Translations under genes and position numbers: made by a program
NCBI GenBank assembly: GCA_041750285.1
Contig: JBGSZS010000019.1
Span: 32,001 to 96,000, forward strand
Direction: 5' to 3'
DNA length: 64,000 nt
Source: Candidatus Fermentibacteraceae bacterium
Lineage (GTDB): Bacteria; Fermentibacterota; Fermentibacteria; Fermentibacterales; JCC-6
The notes under the pieces: model-generated
Database searches by the model: none
Told to the model about the DNA's origin: nothing
What the model saw: only the letters and a program-made list of their open reading frames with translations
Part shown: positions 1 to 11,040 of the stretch, one piece after another
Position numbering within the stretch: position 1 is the stretch's first letter
Layout: every line of letters starts with the position of its first letter

Positions 1-857
1 CCCGTTTCTCCAATGACGGCGATCTTCGATCCTCCCGGGCAGGCGAATCGGCGTCCGGTTCCGCCCAGAACGTCCAGTATGCTCTGCCGTGCCAGGGACT
101 GAACCTCCCTGAAGACAAGGGCTCTGAACCCTGCCCTTCCCCTGTGCCGCAGGGAGTCGGCCAGGGCGGCTGCCTCCCGGAAGTCTTCGATCGGGTCCCC
201 CCGGACCGACTCATCACGAGGTTCGCCATGAACCGGCACTATCGAATGGTCGTCCACGGACATGTTCCGCTCCACGAATTCCATGAGGTCACCTATCTGG
301 TGCCGGTTGTATGCGTTGAGCACCGAGCAGACCTTGAGCCTGAGCCCTGGATGTTCTTTCTGAAGGTCACGCAGATTCCCGTAGGTTTCCAGTGCCTTTT
401 CGAAGTTGCCCGGAACACCCCGGATGGTGTCGTGCACGGCGCCTATGCCGTCGATGGAAAGCTCGACCTGAAGGATGGTTCTCGGGCAGGCCTGCAGTAT
501 CTGCAGTGTCCTGTCCCTTATCTGCGCCGGGCGAAGACAGTTGGTGGGTATGTTTATCATCATGGTTCCGGCCCGGGTGCTGAATGCCTCGCAAATGCCT
601 GCTATGTCATCCCTGAGGAAAGGTTCTCCCCCCGACAGGGAGAGAAAGACGCTCCGTTTGCAGGAATCGGCTATCCTCCCGATCTCCTCAAGGGTGAGTT
701 CCTGCTCCTTCGGCTTCGAGTTGAGGTTCCTCCAGTTGAAACAGGTAACACATCTGGCGTCGCATCTGGACGTAACAAAGAAGATCAGGTACGGGGGCGT
801 CGGGGAGGAGAGGCTGCGAAGCGCCATTGAGACGAAACCGTAGGGCCGCCGACTCAT
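1..857 (-). CDS. Radical SAM/SPASM-type protein, runs off window edge (not in ORF track)
   Basis: Manual translation from ATG at 857 (ATGA overlap with GT2 stop): MSRRPYG...FFVTSRCDARCVTCFNW (CxxxCxxC), LSGGEPFLR, SIDG...HDTIRG, and CPGG near the edge. Confidence 0.85.
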   Translation of the reverse strand, partial: MSRRPYGFVSMALRSLSSPTPPYLIFFVTSRCDARCVTCFNWRNLNSKPKEQELTLEEIGRIADSCKRSVFLSLSGGEPFLRDDIAGICEAFSTRAGTMMINIPTNCLRPAQIRDRTLQILQACPRTILQVELSIDGIGAVHDTIRGVPGNFEKALETYGNLRDLQKEHPGLRLKVCSVLNAYNRHQIGDLMEFVERNMSVDDHSIVPVHGEPRDESVRGDPIEDFREAAALADSLRHRGRAGFRALVFREVQSLARQSILDVLGGTGRRFACPGGSKIAVIGET

Positions 858-1837
858 CGGAATGCACCGTACCTTTCCGCCCGGTGGGCCAGGACGGCAC
901 TGTGCCTGCGACGGGTGAGGATCGTGTGCAGCAGGCCGAGCGTGAATCCCGTGGCTATGAGGAAGTGATGGATCGGGTGGCACAATGGAAGAAGGCAGGC
1001 CGCCCGGTCGCGGGGCATGCGAATGAGGGAGTCGAGGAGAATCGCGCATGCGTAGATAAGCAGTGCGGCTACCATGAGTCGCGGCACCGCAACGAGCGCC
1101 GGTGCCAGGACCAGCCCTGCAAGCATGGCCAGCACCCCGGGAATCCGGAGGAATATCTCGGGGAGGAGAACCGTGTTCCTGCCTGTTGCGTATCGCGCCT
1201 TGAACTGGTGGGGCAGAAAACCATGGAAGAAGCCCCTCCGCCGGTGCCGCACCGTGAAACTCCTGCGAAAGACGGGACGGTAGCCAAGACGAAGGGCTAT
1301 ATAGAAAAATTCCGTGTCATCCACGCGCCAGTCGGCCAGCTCGTTGAAGCCGCCGACCCTTTCCCATACCTCCCGCTTCACCAGGCAGTTGCACAGATAG
1401 ATCGAGCTGAATCCCGGAGATGCCCCGTCACGGGATCCGTAGAGCAGGCTTCCCTCGCCAAGTGCGGATGTGGTGACGAGGTCGGAGAGTCTTTCATCGA
1501 GGCAGTTTCCCATTGGAAGCGTGGGGCCGGTGACTATCGGATCCGGGCCGCCGATGGCTTCCCCGAGGGCCGTGAACCACTCATCCGTTGGCAGGGTATC
1601 GTCATCGAGAAAGACGATCCATGGTGCATTGGTGGCCTTCACCCCGAGGTTCCGCCTGATGGAGGCGTGTCTCTCACCTGTCTCGATGCAGCGCATTCCG
1701 TGCGGAAGCCCGGGTATGGTGCTCTCCGCCACCAGGATTACTTCACTCCCATTCCGTGACACCCACTGATCGAGAGAGGCCGCGAGAACCCCTGCGTCGT
1801 CCGGCCGGGTCACCGGAACCACGAACGCGATGTTCAT
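854..1837 (-). CDS. Glycosyltransferase family 2 with C-terminal membrane helices
   Basis: MNIAFVVPV start (ATGA overlap), RNLG, VFLDDD (DxD), VGGFNE, DDTEF, hydrophobic C-terminus. Confidence 0.85.
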   Translation of the reverse strand: MNIAFVVPVTRPDDAGVLAASLDQWVSRNGSEVILVAESTIPGLPHGMRCIETGERHASIRRNLGVKATNAPWIVFLDDDTLPTDEWFTALGEAIGGPDPIVTGPTLPMGNCLDERLSDLVTTSALGEGSLLYGSRDGASPGFSSIYLCNCLVKREVWERVGGFNELADWRVDDTEFFYIALRLGYRPVFRRSFTVRHRRRGFFHGFLPHQFKARYATGRNTVLLPEIFLRIPGVLAMLAGLVLAPALVAVPRLMVAALLIYACAILLDSLIRMPRDRAACLLPLCHPIHHFLIATGFTLGLLHTILTRRRHSAVLAHRAERYGAFR

Positions 1838-3027
1838 CGGATGACCGTGAGCCTGCAGCTCCCCTCCATTCCGCCTGTCACCCGGGCGTGGTAGACCCCG
1901 GATGGCAGCCCGTGGCAGAAGAATGAGTGCCTTCCCGGAGAGAGTGGACCCGAATGGAGCGATGCCACACGTCTTCCCGCAAGGTCGTGAATGGTTATGG
2001 CGCATGAAGCGGCCAAGCGGTTGAAGACGACTATCTCCGGCGCCGCCGCCGGACCCGTTGCACTGATCCCGAAGCCCGGGTGGGGCTCCGGTACTCCCGC
2101 CGGGTCGTACCCTATCACGTACAGCTTGTTGGAGCTTGTGCAGGGGACAGCAATGAAAGCCCCGTCCGGCGAGAAGCAGGGCCTTCCTGGAGAGGCGCCG
2201 ACCGGAATCTGACCCGCGTACTGGAAGTCTGCCGAATCGATGACCTCGATCCTGTTATCTGAGGTGGAAACGGCGAACAGATAGGGAAGCTGAGGAGTTG
2301 AAGCGAGCCAGCCAGGTTCGGATCCCGGCAGTTCCAGGCTGCCCGTGACCAGAAGCGAGGATTCATCCACCCTGAGAAGCATTTCCCAACCGGGGTTGGA
2401 GAGGTAGATCGAGCCTTCGGTCAGCAGGCAGTCGAAACTGTCCATTCCCGAAACGAACCTCTGAGCGGGGCCCTGGGGAAGTGAAAGAGCCGTCTCGTTC
2501 GGGCTCTGGTTGTCTGCGATGTAAAGGGTCTGGCCATCGGGGGACAGGTGGCACCCGCCGGGCTGGTTTCCGACCCATATCGAAGAGACAAGTTCCATGG
2601 CCGCGATGTCGATGATGCTCGCGAAACCTCCGTTGTGCGAAAGGTAGGCATACGCGCCACCGGGGGAGAGGGCGAACTCGACCGGTCCCGGCTCGATGGC
2701 TTCCTCGCCCAGAAGGGTCATGGTCTGACCGTCCACGAAGAGAAGCCTTCCAAGCTCTCCGTCGGCGACGATGACAGTGTTGCCCGGTGTGCAGGCGACG
2801 CACTCGGGCGTTCCGCCGAGCGACAGCACTCCGCTCACGGTCCATGTCTGGGTGCTGATCTTCGTCAGCAAACCGTATCCGACCGCCACGAAGACGTATT
2901 CGCCGTCGGGTGAGAAGCTGGCGTCGTTCGGGCTCTGTCCGGTGGACACGGTCGCTATCACGGTATCGGGCCACTGGGCCTGAAGACAGGCCGCGGCGAT
3001 CGAAAGCAGTACCAGGGTTTTTTTCAT
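1834..3027 (-). CDS. Secreted YVTN/YncE-like beta-propeller protein with T9SS type A/FlgD-like C-terminal domain
   Basis: Signal peptide MKKTLVLLSIAAAC, repeated SPDG blades, C-terminal IHDLAGRRV...LPSGVY. Confidence 0.8.
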   Translation of the reverse strand: MKKTLVLLSIAAACLQAQWPDTVIATVSTGQSPNDASFSPDGEYVFVAVGYGLLTKISTQTWTVSGVLSLGGTPECVACTPGNTVIVADGELGRLLFVDGQTMTLLGEEAIEPGPVEFALSPGGAYAYLSHNGGFASIIDIAAMELVSSIWVGNQPGGCHLSPDGQTLYIADNQSPNETALSLPQGPAQRFVSGMDSFDCLLTEGSIYLSNPGWEMLLRVDESSLLVTGSLELPGSEPGWLASTPQLPYLFAVSTSDNRIEVIDSADFQYAGQIPVGASPGRPCFSPDGAFIAVPCTSSNKLYVIGYDPAGVPEPHPGFGISATGPAAAPEIVVFNRLAASCAITIHDLAGRRVASLHSGPLSPGRHSFFCHGLPSGVYHARVTGGMEGSCRLTVIR

Positions 3028-4313
3028 CAGCGCCTCAACAGCTCGGTCACGGGTGTGCCGAGGATCCGTCTGAAGAAGAACCATGCCCACGCCGTGGAGA
3101 CCAGAAGCACGGTTCCCAGCCCCGCTGCCAGGTGGAGCACGGGGAAGACCGCCAGGGACGGCACCGCCATGCGCAGCACGGGAAGCAGCGTGAGAAGCCC
3201 ATAGCTCACAAGGGCCGAAAGCCCGCAGCCGAGAAGTCCGCCAAGGGCAGTGGTGACGGCGGACATGAGAAAGATCTGAAAAGCGAAGACCTGTGCCAGC
3301 CGGTCGCTGGTGGTTCCCAGTGCGACCAGCACGCCCAGGGCGTAAGAGCGGTTCCTGAGGTCAGCAACAAGGGTGTGGACCGCGCTGGCCAGGGCGGCAC
3401 CGAGTATGGCAACCGCCAGGGCGCCCAGGGCTGCGGTGACTATCCCCACCAGTATCTCGGCCTTCTGGGCTATTCCGCGGTGGGTCTCGGCGCTGAGCCC
3501 CAGAGATTCCGCCCTGCGGACGATCTCGGGAACCTCTTCGGCAGTTGTCGCGGTCACCATCAGGGCGCTGTAGCTGTGGGGTCTGTCCGGAAGGTACATC
3601 TGATTAACCTCTTCGACGAAACCGATCGGAACCGCCAGTGCGAAGAGGGCCATGTTCCTGCTTGTTCCCACGATCTGGGCGTTGATCGTCACCGGTCTTG
3701 CCTGAAGGCTTGTGAGCGAACTGGCACCCAGGGTGATCTGGCACTCGAGGCCCACCACACCCTGCTGCGTGAGCCCCATCAGACCATTCGGATCCGCGAA
3801 TCCGGCGTTGTATAGAAGAAGCAGGTTTTCGGAGAGAATTATGGGAAGCCGTGTCCGGGAGCTGTCCGCCAGTGTGTAGTCCCACCCGAACCTTTCCAGA
3901 AGGCTGTCGGGGACGAAGGCTTCGGTCACTCCCTCCAGGGTTATGTCCGTGTAGTAGTTCCTCCCGCCGAGAAGCCCCCGGAGGTAGGCGGGTACACGTG
4001 CGTAGACCTGTCTGTCGATCCGGGCCACCTGGGGCATTTTCTCAAGTGAGTCCAGAAGGGCGTCGGTGATCTCCACTCCGCCCCGTTCGGTCTGGAAGGA
4101 ACCCGCTGATATGACCTGGGGCGTGACCCTGACCTGCTCTTCCGGAAGGTCGCTTGAAAGGAACCGGTCGAGGATGCGGCCGACCCCGAGCCCAATGGAA
4201 ATGAAGAACACGAGAAGCAGGGAAGCAACGAGAAGCATTGCCTGGCTGAAAAGGTAATCCCTCCAGTGACCCTTGTTCCAGAGGTGCATGGCCCTACGCA
4301 TGGATGCCCTCAT
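3027..4313 (-). CDS. MacB/FtsX-like ABC transporter permease
   Basis: One N-terminal TM, large periplasmic loop, three C-terminal TMs with R..YALGVLVALG; start 4313 or 4301. Confidence 0.75.
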   Translation of the reverse strand: MRASMRRAMHLWNKGHWRDYLFSQAMLLVASLLLVFFISIGLGVGRILDRFLSSDLPEEQVRVTPQVISAGSFQTERGGVEITDALLDSLEKMPQVARIDRQVYARVPAYLRGLLGGRNYYTDITLEGVTEAFVPDSLLERFGWDYTLADSSRTRLPIILSENLLLLYNAGFADPNGLMGLTQQGVVGLECQITLGASSLTSLQARPVTINAQIVGTSRNMALFALAVPIGFVEEVNQMYLPDRPHSYSALMVTATTAEEVPEIVRRAESLGLSAETHRGIAQKAEILVGIVTAALGALAVAILGAALASAVHTLVADLRNRSYALGVLVALGTTSDRLAQVFAFQIFLMSAVTTALGGLLGCGLSALVSYGLLTLLPVLRMAVPSLAVFPVLHLAAGLGTVLLVSTAWAWFFFRRILGTPVTELLRR

Positions 4314-4968
4314 CGTGAAGCACCCCCTCTCTGAGGTCAAGCACCTGATCGGCCCTCTCCAGAACGCTTTTTGTGTGAACCACGGCAACGAGGGCGAACC
4401 CCTTCTCCCTTCGCATCGCGTCGAGAAGATCGAAGAGGATGTCTTCGCTTGCCTCGTCGAGGCTTGCCGTGGGCTCGTCCGCAAGGAGAACCCGTGGCTT
4501 GCCCGCCAGGGCTCTGGCCGCTGCCACCCTTTGTCTCTCCCCCCTGGAGAGGAAACGGCTCGATGTGGCATCCATGCGGACCCCGAGCCGGTCCAGCAGA
4601 TCGACCGCCTCCCTCTCGACGGGTTCCATGTCCCTTCCGGAGAAAACCGCGGGGAGAAGAACGTTTTCGAGTGCCGTCAGGTTGGGCAGAAGATGGAAGT
4701 CCTGGAATATGAATCCCATCTGTTCGCGGCGAAGAGCCGCAAGGGCTTCACCCTCGAGGGTCGAGGTATCCGTTCCGGAGATGCTCAGGCTTCCCTGAAA
4801 ATCGCGGTCGAGGGTGCCCAGTATCCCGAGGAGGGTGCTTTTGCCAGAACCGCTCCTGCCCGTGATCGCAACGAATTCGCCATCGCCGACGCTAATGGAA
4901 AGACCCCGCAGAACGGGCATGTCGCCGAACGACCTGCAAATCCCCTGGGCCCTGATGACGGAGCTCAA
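4294..4968 (-). CDS. ABC transporter ATP-binding protein (LolD/MacB-like)
   Basis: Walker A GRSGSGKST, Q-loop FIFQ, signature LSRGERQRV, LLADEPT. Confidence 0.92.
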   Translation of the reverse strand: MSSVIRAQGICRSFGDMPVLRGLSISVGDGEFVAITGRSGSGKSTLLGILGTLDRDFQGSLSISGTDTSTLEGEALAALRREQMGFIFQDFHLLPNLTALENVLLPAVFSGRDMEPVEREAVDLLDRLGVRMDATSSRFLSRGERQRVAAARALAGKPRVLLADEPTASLDEASEDILFDLLDAMRREKGFALVAVVHTKSVLERADQVLDLREGVLHDEGIHA

Positions 4969-5807
4969 AGCAGGTCTCCGGCCAGACCGGAAAGAAGAAT
5001 GAAAGCGCTGTCCGGGGTTATGGCTGTGTCGGTCAGGGTGAGTTCGGCCGAGGTCATGGCGCCGTCTTCCCGGGCAAGCCTGGCCTCCAGCGAGATCGGG
5101 CCGGTCGAAGGCCAGGACACCGAGAGGGTGAGCGCCGAGGGACGCACCACCCGGGCCACCGCGGTGTAATCATCCCACCAGGGAACGTACCTCTCCACCG
5201 GAAGCAGCGAAACGAAGGTGAACAGGTTGCCCGGAAGCATGAGGGTGGCGTGATGCGATGCGGGAAGCGCCTGCAGCAGGGCTTCATCCGACGCCAGAGA
5301 CCCCATTTCGTCCATTCGGAGCCATGCGTCCATCGTCACATTTGCCGCAGGTCCGATGTATACGGCCGTCCATCCCTTTCTTGAGGAAACCGAAGCCCTG
5401 ACAAGGCCGCTGTCGTCCGAAAGATCCGCTCTGTCCTCACCTTCGGTCACCGTGAGGTTGAGGGTCGTCGAAACCAGTGAGGCCGCGTTCTGACGCGAGA
5501 CCCTGCGGGTGAGGAAGAGGAACTGGGGCGAGACCGATGTTATGTCCACCCCCATTAGGGTCACGCCGACGGGACCCCGGGTGAGAAGCGATTCTGCGAT
5601 GACAAGGTTCCTGTCCAGAGACATTATCTCGTTCAGCAGCAGCGGCGACATTCCCCTTTCCAGATGCACGTGGAAAAGGCACGTGCCCGGTACCATTGCC
5701 AGCTCGTTCCTGACTCCGCCGCCACACCCGGCAGTCAGTACCGTCAGGCAGGCAAGGGCAAGAAACAGCGGCGCAAAGGGAACCATTCCATTGCGGATCG
5801 TTGACAT
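4965..5807 (-). CDS. Hypothetical lipoprotein
   Basis: GGAGG RBS before ATG 5807, hydrophobic stretch with lipobox LTAG-C. Confidence 0.7.
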   Translation of the reverse strand: MSTIRNGMVPFAPLFLALACLTVLTAGCGGGVRNELAMVPGTCLFHVHLERGMSPLLLNEIMSLDRNLVIAESLLTRGPVGVTLMGVDITSVSPQFLFLTRRVSRQNAASLVSTTLNLTVTEGEDRADLSDDSGLVRASVSSRKGWTAVYIGPAANVTMDAWLRMDEMGSLASDEALLQALPASHHATLMLPGNLFTFVSLLPVERYVPWWDDYTAVARVVRPSALTLSVSWPSTGPISLEARLAREDGAMTSAELTLTDTAITPDSAFILLSGLAGDLL

Positions 5808-5839
5808 TTTACCTCCAAGGCGTATCTTCACCACCCGGT

Positions 5840-5868
5840 AGAGTATGTTGGAAGAGACGCTTCGTCAA
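5840..5868 (-). promoter_or_regulatory. Sigma70-type promoter for the leftward operon
   Basis: TTGACG-N17-TACTCT on minus strand. Confidence 0.55.
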
Positions 5869-5894
5869 CTTGCAGCCGGAAAGCCGGGCAAAGC

Positions 5895-5924
5895 TTGACG
5901 GATTGTGTTTTTCTGTTGTATGTT
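5895..5924 (+). promoter_or_regulatory. Sigma70-type promoter for tRNA-tuf operon
   Basis: TTGACG-N18-TATGTT just upstream of the first tRNA. Confidence 0.55.
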
Positions 5925-5935
5925 CGTGTCCCTGT

Positions 5936-6011
5936 GCTGGCGTAGCTCAATTGGCAGAGCAGCTGATTTGTAATCAGCAGGTTGCGGGTTCAATTCCCAT
6001 CGCCAGCTCCA
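5936..6011 (+). tRNA. tRNA-Thr(UGU)
   Basis: Cloverleaf, anticodon arm CTGAT-TTGTAA-TCAG, encoded CCA. Confidence 0.95.
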
Positions 6012-6051
6012 GGCAGAAACACGCTTTGGGTGGCGTTTTTTCATAGACGGT

Positions 6052-6137
6052 GGCGAGGTTCCCGAGCGGCCAAAGGGGGCAGACTGTAAATCTGTTGGCG
6101 GACGCCTACGGTGGTTCGAATCCACCCCTCGCCACCA
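6052..6137 (+). tRNA. tRNA-Tyr(GUA)
   Basis: Acceptor GGCGAGG/CCTCGCC, anticodon GTA, long variable arm, CCA. Confidence 0.95.
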
Positions 6138-6156
6138 CGGTTTTTTGTTTTTCTGA

Positions 6157-6232
6157 GCGGGAGTAGCTCAGTTGGCAGAGCATCAGCCTTCCAAGCTGAG
6201 GGTCGCGGGTTCAAACCCCGTCTCCCGCTCCA
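6157..6232 (+). tRNA. tRNA-Gly(UCC)
   Basis: GCGGGAG/CTCCCGC acceptor, anticodon TCC, CCA. Confidence 0.95.
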
Positions 6233-6255
6233 GCAAGTTTTCGCAAGGTCGAGAG

Positions 6256-6331
<76 letters not shown>

Positions 6332-6404
6332 GACCGTGAGTTGATGAAAAGGGCGGACCATCCGGGTCAACCGGGAAACCCACTGATGAGAGGGAGCCAG
6401 ACAC

Positions 6405-7601
<1,197 letters not shown>

Positions 7602-7608
7602 GTAAAAG

Positions 7609-7758
7609 GTGCGAGTTATAATCAACCTGGCCTGTTCCGAGTGCAAGCGTCGCAACTACAGCACCACGAAGAACAAGAGAACTCATCCGGACAGGATTGA
7701 GCTGAACAAGTATTGCCGGTTCTGCCAGAAGCACACCAAGCACAGGGAAGGCAAATAG
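7609..7758 (+). CDS. rpmG: 50S ribosomal protein L33 (Zn-binding form; below ORF-track cutoff)
   Basis: GTG start, [17 protein letters not shown]...[16 protein letters not shown]. Confidence 0.95.
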   Translation: MRVIINLACSECKRRNYSTTKNKRTHPDRIELNKYCRFCQKHTKHREGK

Positions 7759-7784
7759 GACCGGGCGGGGATTGAAGGGAACGC

Positions 7785-7860
7785 AGGGCAGTAGCACAAT
7801 TGGCAGTGCACCGGACTCCAAATCCGGGGGTTGAGGGTTCAAGTCCTTCCTGCCCTGCCA
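7785..7860 (+). tRNA. tRNA-Trp(CCA)
   Basis: AGGGCAG/CTGCCCT acceptor, anticodon CCA, canonical rpmG-secE position. Confidence 0.95.
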
Positions 7861-7900
7861 GATTCCCTTACGGAACTAAAACGGGACGGAGTACGGAAAG

Positions 7901-8143
7901 ATGGCGGCAAAAGCGGCCGACGGCGGAAAACTTGGCTTCCTGTCCAGATGGGCAAGGCTTGCAGTTGAATTCCTGGCCGAAGTCAAGGCGGAACTGACAA
8001 AGGTCGCCTGGCCCACCAAGGATGAGACGATCGCCTCCACCTGGGTAATCCTGGCGGCAGTTGCCGTGGTATCGGTCTGGATATTCCTGACCGACACCGT
8101 GTCCTCGCAGACGATGGCCTTCCTCATAAGGTCGTTCAACTGA
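7901..8143 (+). CDS. secE: Preprotein translocase subunit SecE
   Basis: ELTKVAWPT motif followed by one TM. Confidence 0.95.
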   Translation: MAAKAADGGKLGFLSRWARLAVEFLAEVKAELTKVAWPTKDETIASTWVILAAVAVVSVWIFLTDTVSSQTMAFLIRSFN

Positions 8144-8733
8144 TGGTCGCCGCTTCACCGGCGGTCCCGGAAGGAACCGTCGCACCGGATGGCGCGAATT
8201 CCGCTCTCAAATGGTACGTGGTGCACTCCTACTCCGGGTACGAACTCAGGGTCAGGAAATTTCTGGAGGGTCCCCTCTCAAGGAAGTTTCCAGAACGGGT
8301 CGGGAAGGTCGTGATACCAACCGAGGAGATCACGAACCGGCGGAACGGGAAGGACGTCACCAGGGAGAAGAAGCTCTACCCCGGATACGTTTTCGTTCAG
8401 CTCGAGCTCGATGACGAAATGATCCTCGACATCAGGGGAATGGTGAACGTCAGTGGTTTTCCCCCGATGAACAAGGGCCGGCCCACCCCCCTGTCCGAAA
8501 CCGACATGAAAAGGATACTGGGTCAGTCCGACGGCAGCACGGAGGAGAAGAAGGTCGTCAGGATCTCGTTCAAGGTGGGCCAGACCGTCAGGGTGGTGGA
8601 AGGCCCGTTCAGAAACTTCACCGGCGTCGTGGAATCGCTGAACCCTGAAAGGGGAAAAGTCAGGGTCATCTTCACCATCTTCGGCCGAAAGGCTCCGGTG
8701 GAGATCGATCATTCCCAGGTAAGACTGGTCTAG
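8143..8733 (+). CDS. nusG: Transcription factor NusG
   Basis: [30 protein letters not shown]. Confidence 0.95.
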   Translation: MVAASPAVPEGTVAPDGANSALKWYVVHSYSGYELRVRKFLEGPLSRKFPERVGKVVIPTEEITNRRNGKDVTREKKLYPGYVFVQLELDDEMILDIRGMVNVSGFPPMNKGRPTPLSETDMKRILGQSDGSTEEKKVVRISFKVGQTVRVVEGPFRNFTGVVESLNPERGKVRVIFTIFGRKAPVEIDHSQVRLV

Positions 8734-8833
8734 GCAAGACCGCCCGGACCTTTACAAAGGGGCCGAACAACCCCGCAATCGATCCGTGACCGTTCCATCA
8801 AGGGGAGGAACGGAGCGGATGAAAGGAGTTCCC

Positions 8834-9262
8834 ATGGCCAAGAAGATCTTGGGCATGGTAAAGCTTCAGCTCTCTGCAGGACAGGCTACACCCGCCCCCC
8901 CGGTGGGTCCCGCCCTCGGCCAGTACGGAATCAATCTGGCCGGATTCTGCAAGGAGTTCAATGCCCGTACCCAGGGGCAGGAAGGCCTGATCATCCCCGC
9001 GGTGGTCACGGTCTACAAGGACAGAAGCTTTACCTTTGAGCTCAAGTCACCTCCCGCGGCGATCCTTCTGAAAAGGGCTGCCGGCCTGGCGAAGGGGTCG
9101 GCGGAATCCAACCGCACCAAGGTTGGCACCGTCACCACCGCACAGTGCCGCGAGATCGCCCGCACCAAGATGAAGGACCTCAACGCGGCATCCGAGGACG
9201 CCGCCGTAGAGATGATCCGTGGCACGGCCCGCAGCATGGGCCTGGAGGTGGTGGATGGCTAA
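8834..9262 (+). CDS. rplK: 50S ribosomal protein L11
   Basis: [19 protein letters not shown]. Confidence 0.97.
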   Translation: MAKKILGMVKLQLSAGQATPAPPVGPALGQYGINLAGFCKEFNARTQGQEGLIIPAVVTVYKDRSFTFELKSPPAAILLKRAAGLAKGSAESNRTKVGTVTTAQCREIARTKMKDLNAASEDAAVEMIRGTARSMGLEVVDG

Positions 9263-9959
9263 GGTCAGCAGAAGGTTTGCCAAGGCCAGGGAGGCGGTCG
9301 ACCGCCAGAGGATCTACTCGCTCGACGAGACCATCACCCTGGTGAAGGGCGCCGCCACAGCGAAGTTCGACGAGACCGTTGAGGTCGCGGTGAACCTGGG
9401 CGTGAATCCGAAGCACTCGGATCAGGTCGTCCGCGGAACCTGCATCCTTCCACACGGCACCGGAAGAACGGTCCGTGTACTGGTCTTCGCCAGGGGCGAG
9501 AAGGCCGAAGAGGCCCGGGAAGCCGGCGCAGATTCCATTGGCGACGACGAGACAGTGGAGAGGATCAAGGGCGGCTGGATGGATTTCGATGTCGTCATCG
9601 CAACACCGGACATGATGAAGGTCCTGGGCGCGGTGGCCAGGATCCTCGGTCCCCGGGGTCTCATGCCCAACCCCAAGACCGGAACCGTGACAATGGACGT
9701 GTCACAGGCGGTCAGGGAGGCGAAAGCCGGGAAGATCAACTTCAGGGTTGACAAGACCGGCGTGCTTCATGTTCCTGTGGGCAAGGCCAGCTTCGAGGAG
9801 CCGGCCCTCAGGGAGAACATTGTGGCCTTCATGGAGAAGGTGATGCAGCTCAAACCCGCAACCGCCAAGGGCAAGTACATCATCAGCATGTCGGTCTCAT
9901 CCACCATGGGTCCCGGAGTTCGGGTTGATACCGCCGACCTCCGGCTGGTTCTCAAGTGA
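9255..9959 (+). CDS. rplA: 50S ribosomal protein L1
   Basis: [25 protein letters not shown]. Confidence 0.97.
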   Translation: MAKVSRRFAKAREAVDRQRIYSLDETITLVKGAATAKFDETVEVAVNLGVNPKHSDQVVRGTCILPHGTGRTVRVLVFARGEKAEEAREAGADSIGDDETVERIKGGWMDFDVVIATPDMMKVLGAVARILGPRGLMPNPKTGTVTMDVSQAVREAKAGKINFRVDKTGVLHVPVGKASFEEPALRENIVAFMEKVMQLKPATAKGKYIISMSVSSTMGPGVRVDTADLRLVLK

Positions 9960-9969
9960 GGAGGGTGGA

Positions 9970-10503
9970 ATGAGCATCACAAGACAGCGCAAGGAGACAA
10001 CGGTCGCGTCCCTCACCGAGGAACTTGGGTCCAACGGTGCATTCGTTCTTGCGGATTTCACAGGGATCACCGTTGCCGACATGACCGAGTTGAGGAAGAC
10101 CATGCGTGAGCGCGGGGTCAGCTTCACCGTAGTGAAGAACACACTGCTCGACATAGTGCTGAAGGGCGTTGAACTCACCGGTGAGGAGGACGTCTTCCAG
10201 TACCTTCAGGGCCCCACCGCCCTGGCGTCGAGCCGTGATGAAGTGCTTCCGGCAAAGGTTCTCAAGGAGTTTGCCGCAACCCACGAAGGTCGGCCCGTCA
10301 TAAAGGGCGGCTTCGTTGCCGGAAGAAGTTACAACGCCGCGCAGGTGGCGAGTCTGGCAGACATGCCCGGGCGGGACGAGCTCCTGGCCAGGGTCATGGG
10401 TTCAGCCACGGCTCCCATCCGGGGTTTTGTCACCGTCACCGGCGGTGTTGTGAGGAAGCTTCTTTACGCGCTCAACGCCGTGAAGGAAAGCAAAGAAAGC
10501 TGA
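9970..10503 (+). CDS. rplJ: 50S ribosomal protein L10
   Basis: VVKNTL, GPTALA; position. Confidence 0.95.
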   Translation: MSITRQRKETTVASLTEELGSNGAFVLADFTGITVADMTELRKTMRERGVSFTVVKNTLLDIVLKGVELTGEEDVFQYLQGPTALASSRDEVLPAKVLKEFAATHEGRPVIKGGFVAGRSYNAAQVASLADMPGRDELLARVMGSATAPIRGFVTVTGGVVRKLLYALNAVKESKES

Positions 10504-10558
10504 GTCGATACCATTAACGCGACCCAAGGGTCCGATTGCCTAAAACGGAGGAAGAACC

Positions 10559-10939
10559 ATGAGTGACGACAAGAAGGCCGCCATCATCGAGGCCATTTCC
10601 AATATGACCGTTCTCGAGCTCGCCGAGCTTGTCAAGGAAATGGAAGCCAAGTTCGGCGTTTCCGCAGCCGCCCCCGCAGTTGCGGTTGCCGCCGCCGGAC
10701 CCGCCGCCGCCGCGGAAGTCGAAGAGCAGACCGAGTTCGACGTGATCCTCGAGAGCTTCGGCTCGAAGAAGATCGCCGTCATCAAGGTCGTCAGGGAGCT
10801 CACGAACCTGGGCCTGAAGGAAGCCAAGGACCTCGTGGACGGAGCCCCCTCCAAGCTCAAGGAAGCCGCGGAGAAGGCCGAAGCCGAAGAGATGAAGAAG
10901 CAGCTTGAGGAAGCCGGCGCAACTGTCATACTCAAGTAG
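10559..10939 (+). CDS. rplL: 50S ribosomal protein L7/L12
   Basis: [20 protein letters not shown]. Confidence 0.98.
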   Translation: MSDDKKAAIIEAISNMTVLELAELVKEMEAKFGVSAAAPAVAVAAAGPAAAAEVEEQTEFDVILESFGSKKIAVIKVVRELTNLGLKEAKDLVDGAPSKLKEAAEKAEAEEMKKQLEEAGATVILK

Positions 10940-10960
10940 CAAGTGTTTCTGGGCCGTGCG

Positions 10961-10989
10961 GAAGGGACGGGATCTGATCCCGTCCCTTC
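10961..10989 (+). terminator. Strong hairpin between rplL and rpoB (terminator/attenuator)
   Basis: Perfect inverted repeat GAAGGGACGGGATC-T-GATCCCGTCCCTTC; no immediate U-tract. Confidence 0.6.
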
Positions 10990-11040
10990 AATCCCCGTTT
11001 CCGGGCGTTTCGTGTTTCCTTTCAGTTGTGAGGAGCGGCA

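Noticed and set aside
144..1759. Plus-strand ORFs 144-830 and 827-1759
   Set aside because: Antisense shadows of the radical SAM and GT2 genes, typical of high-GC DNA
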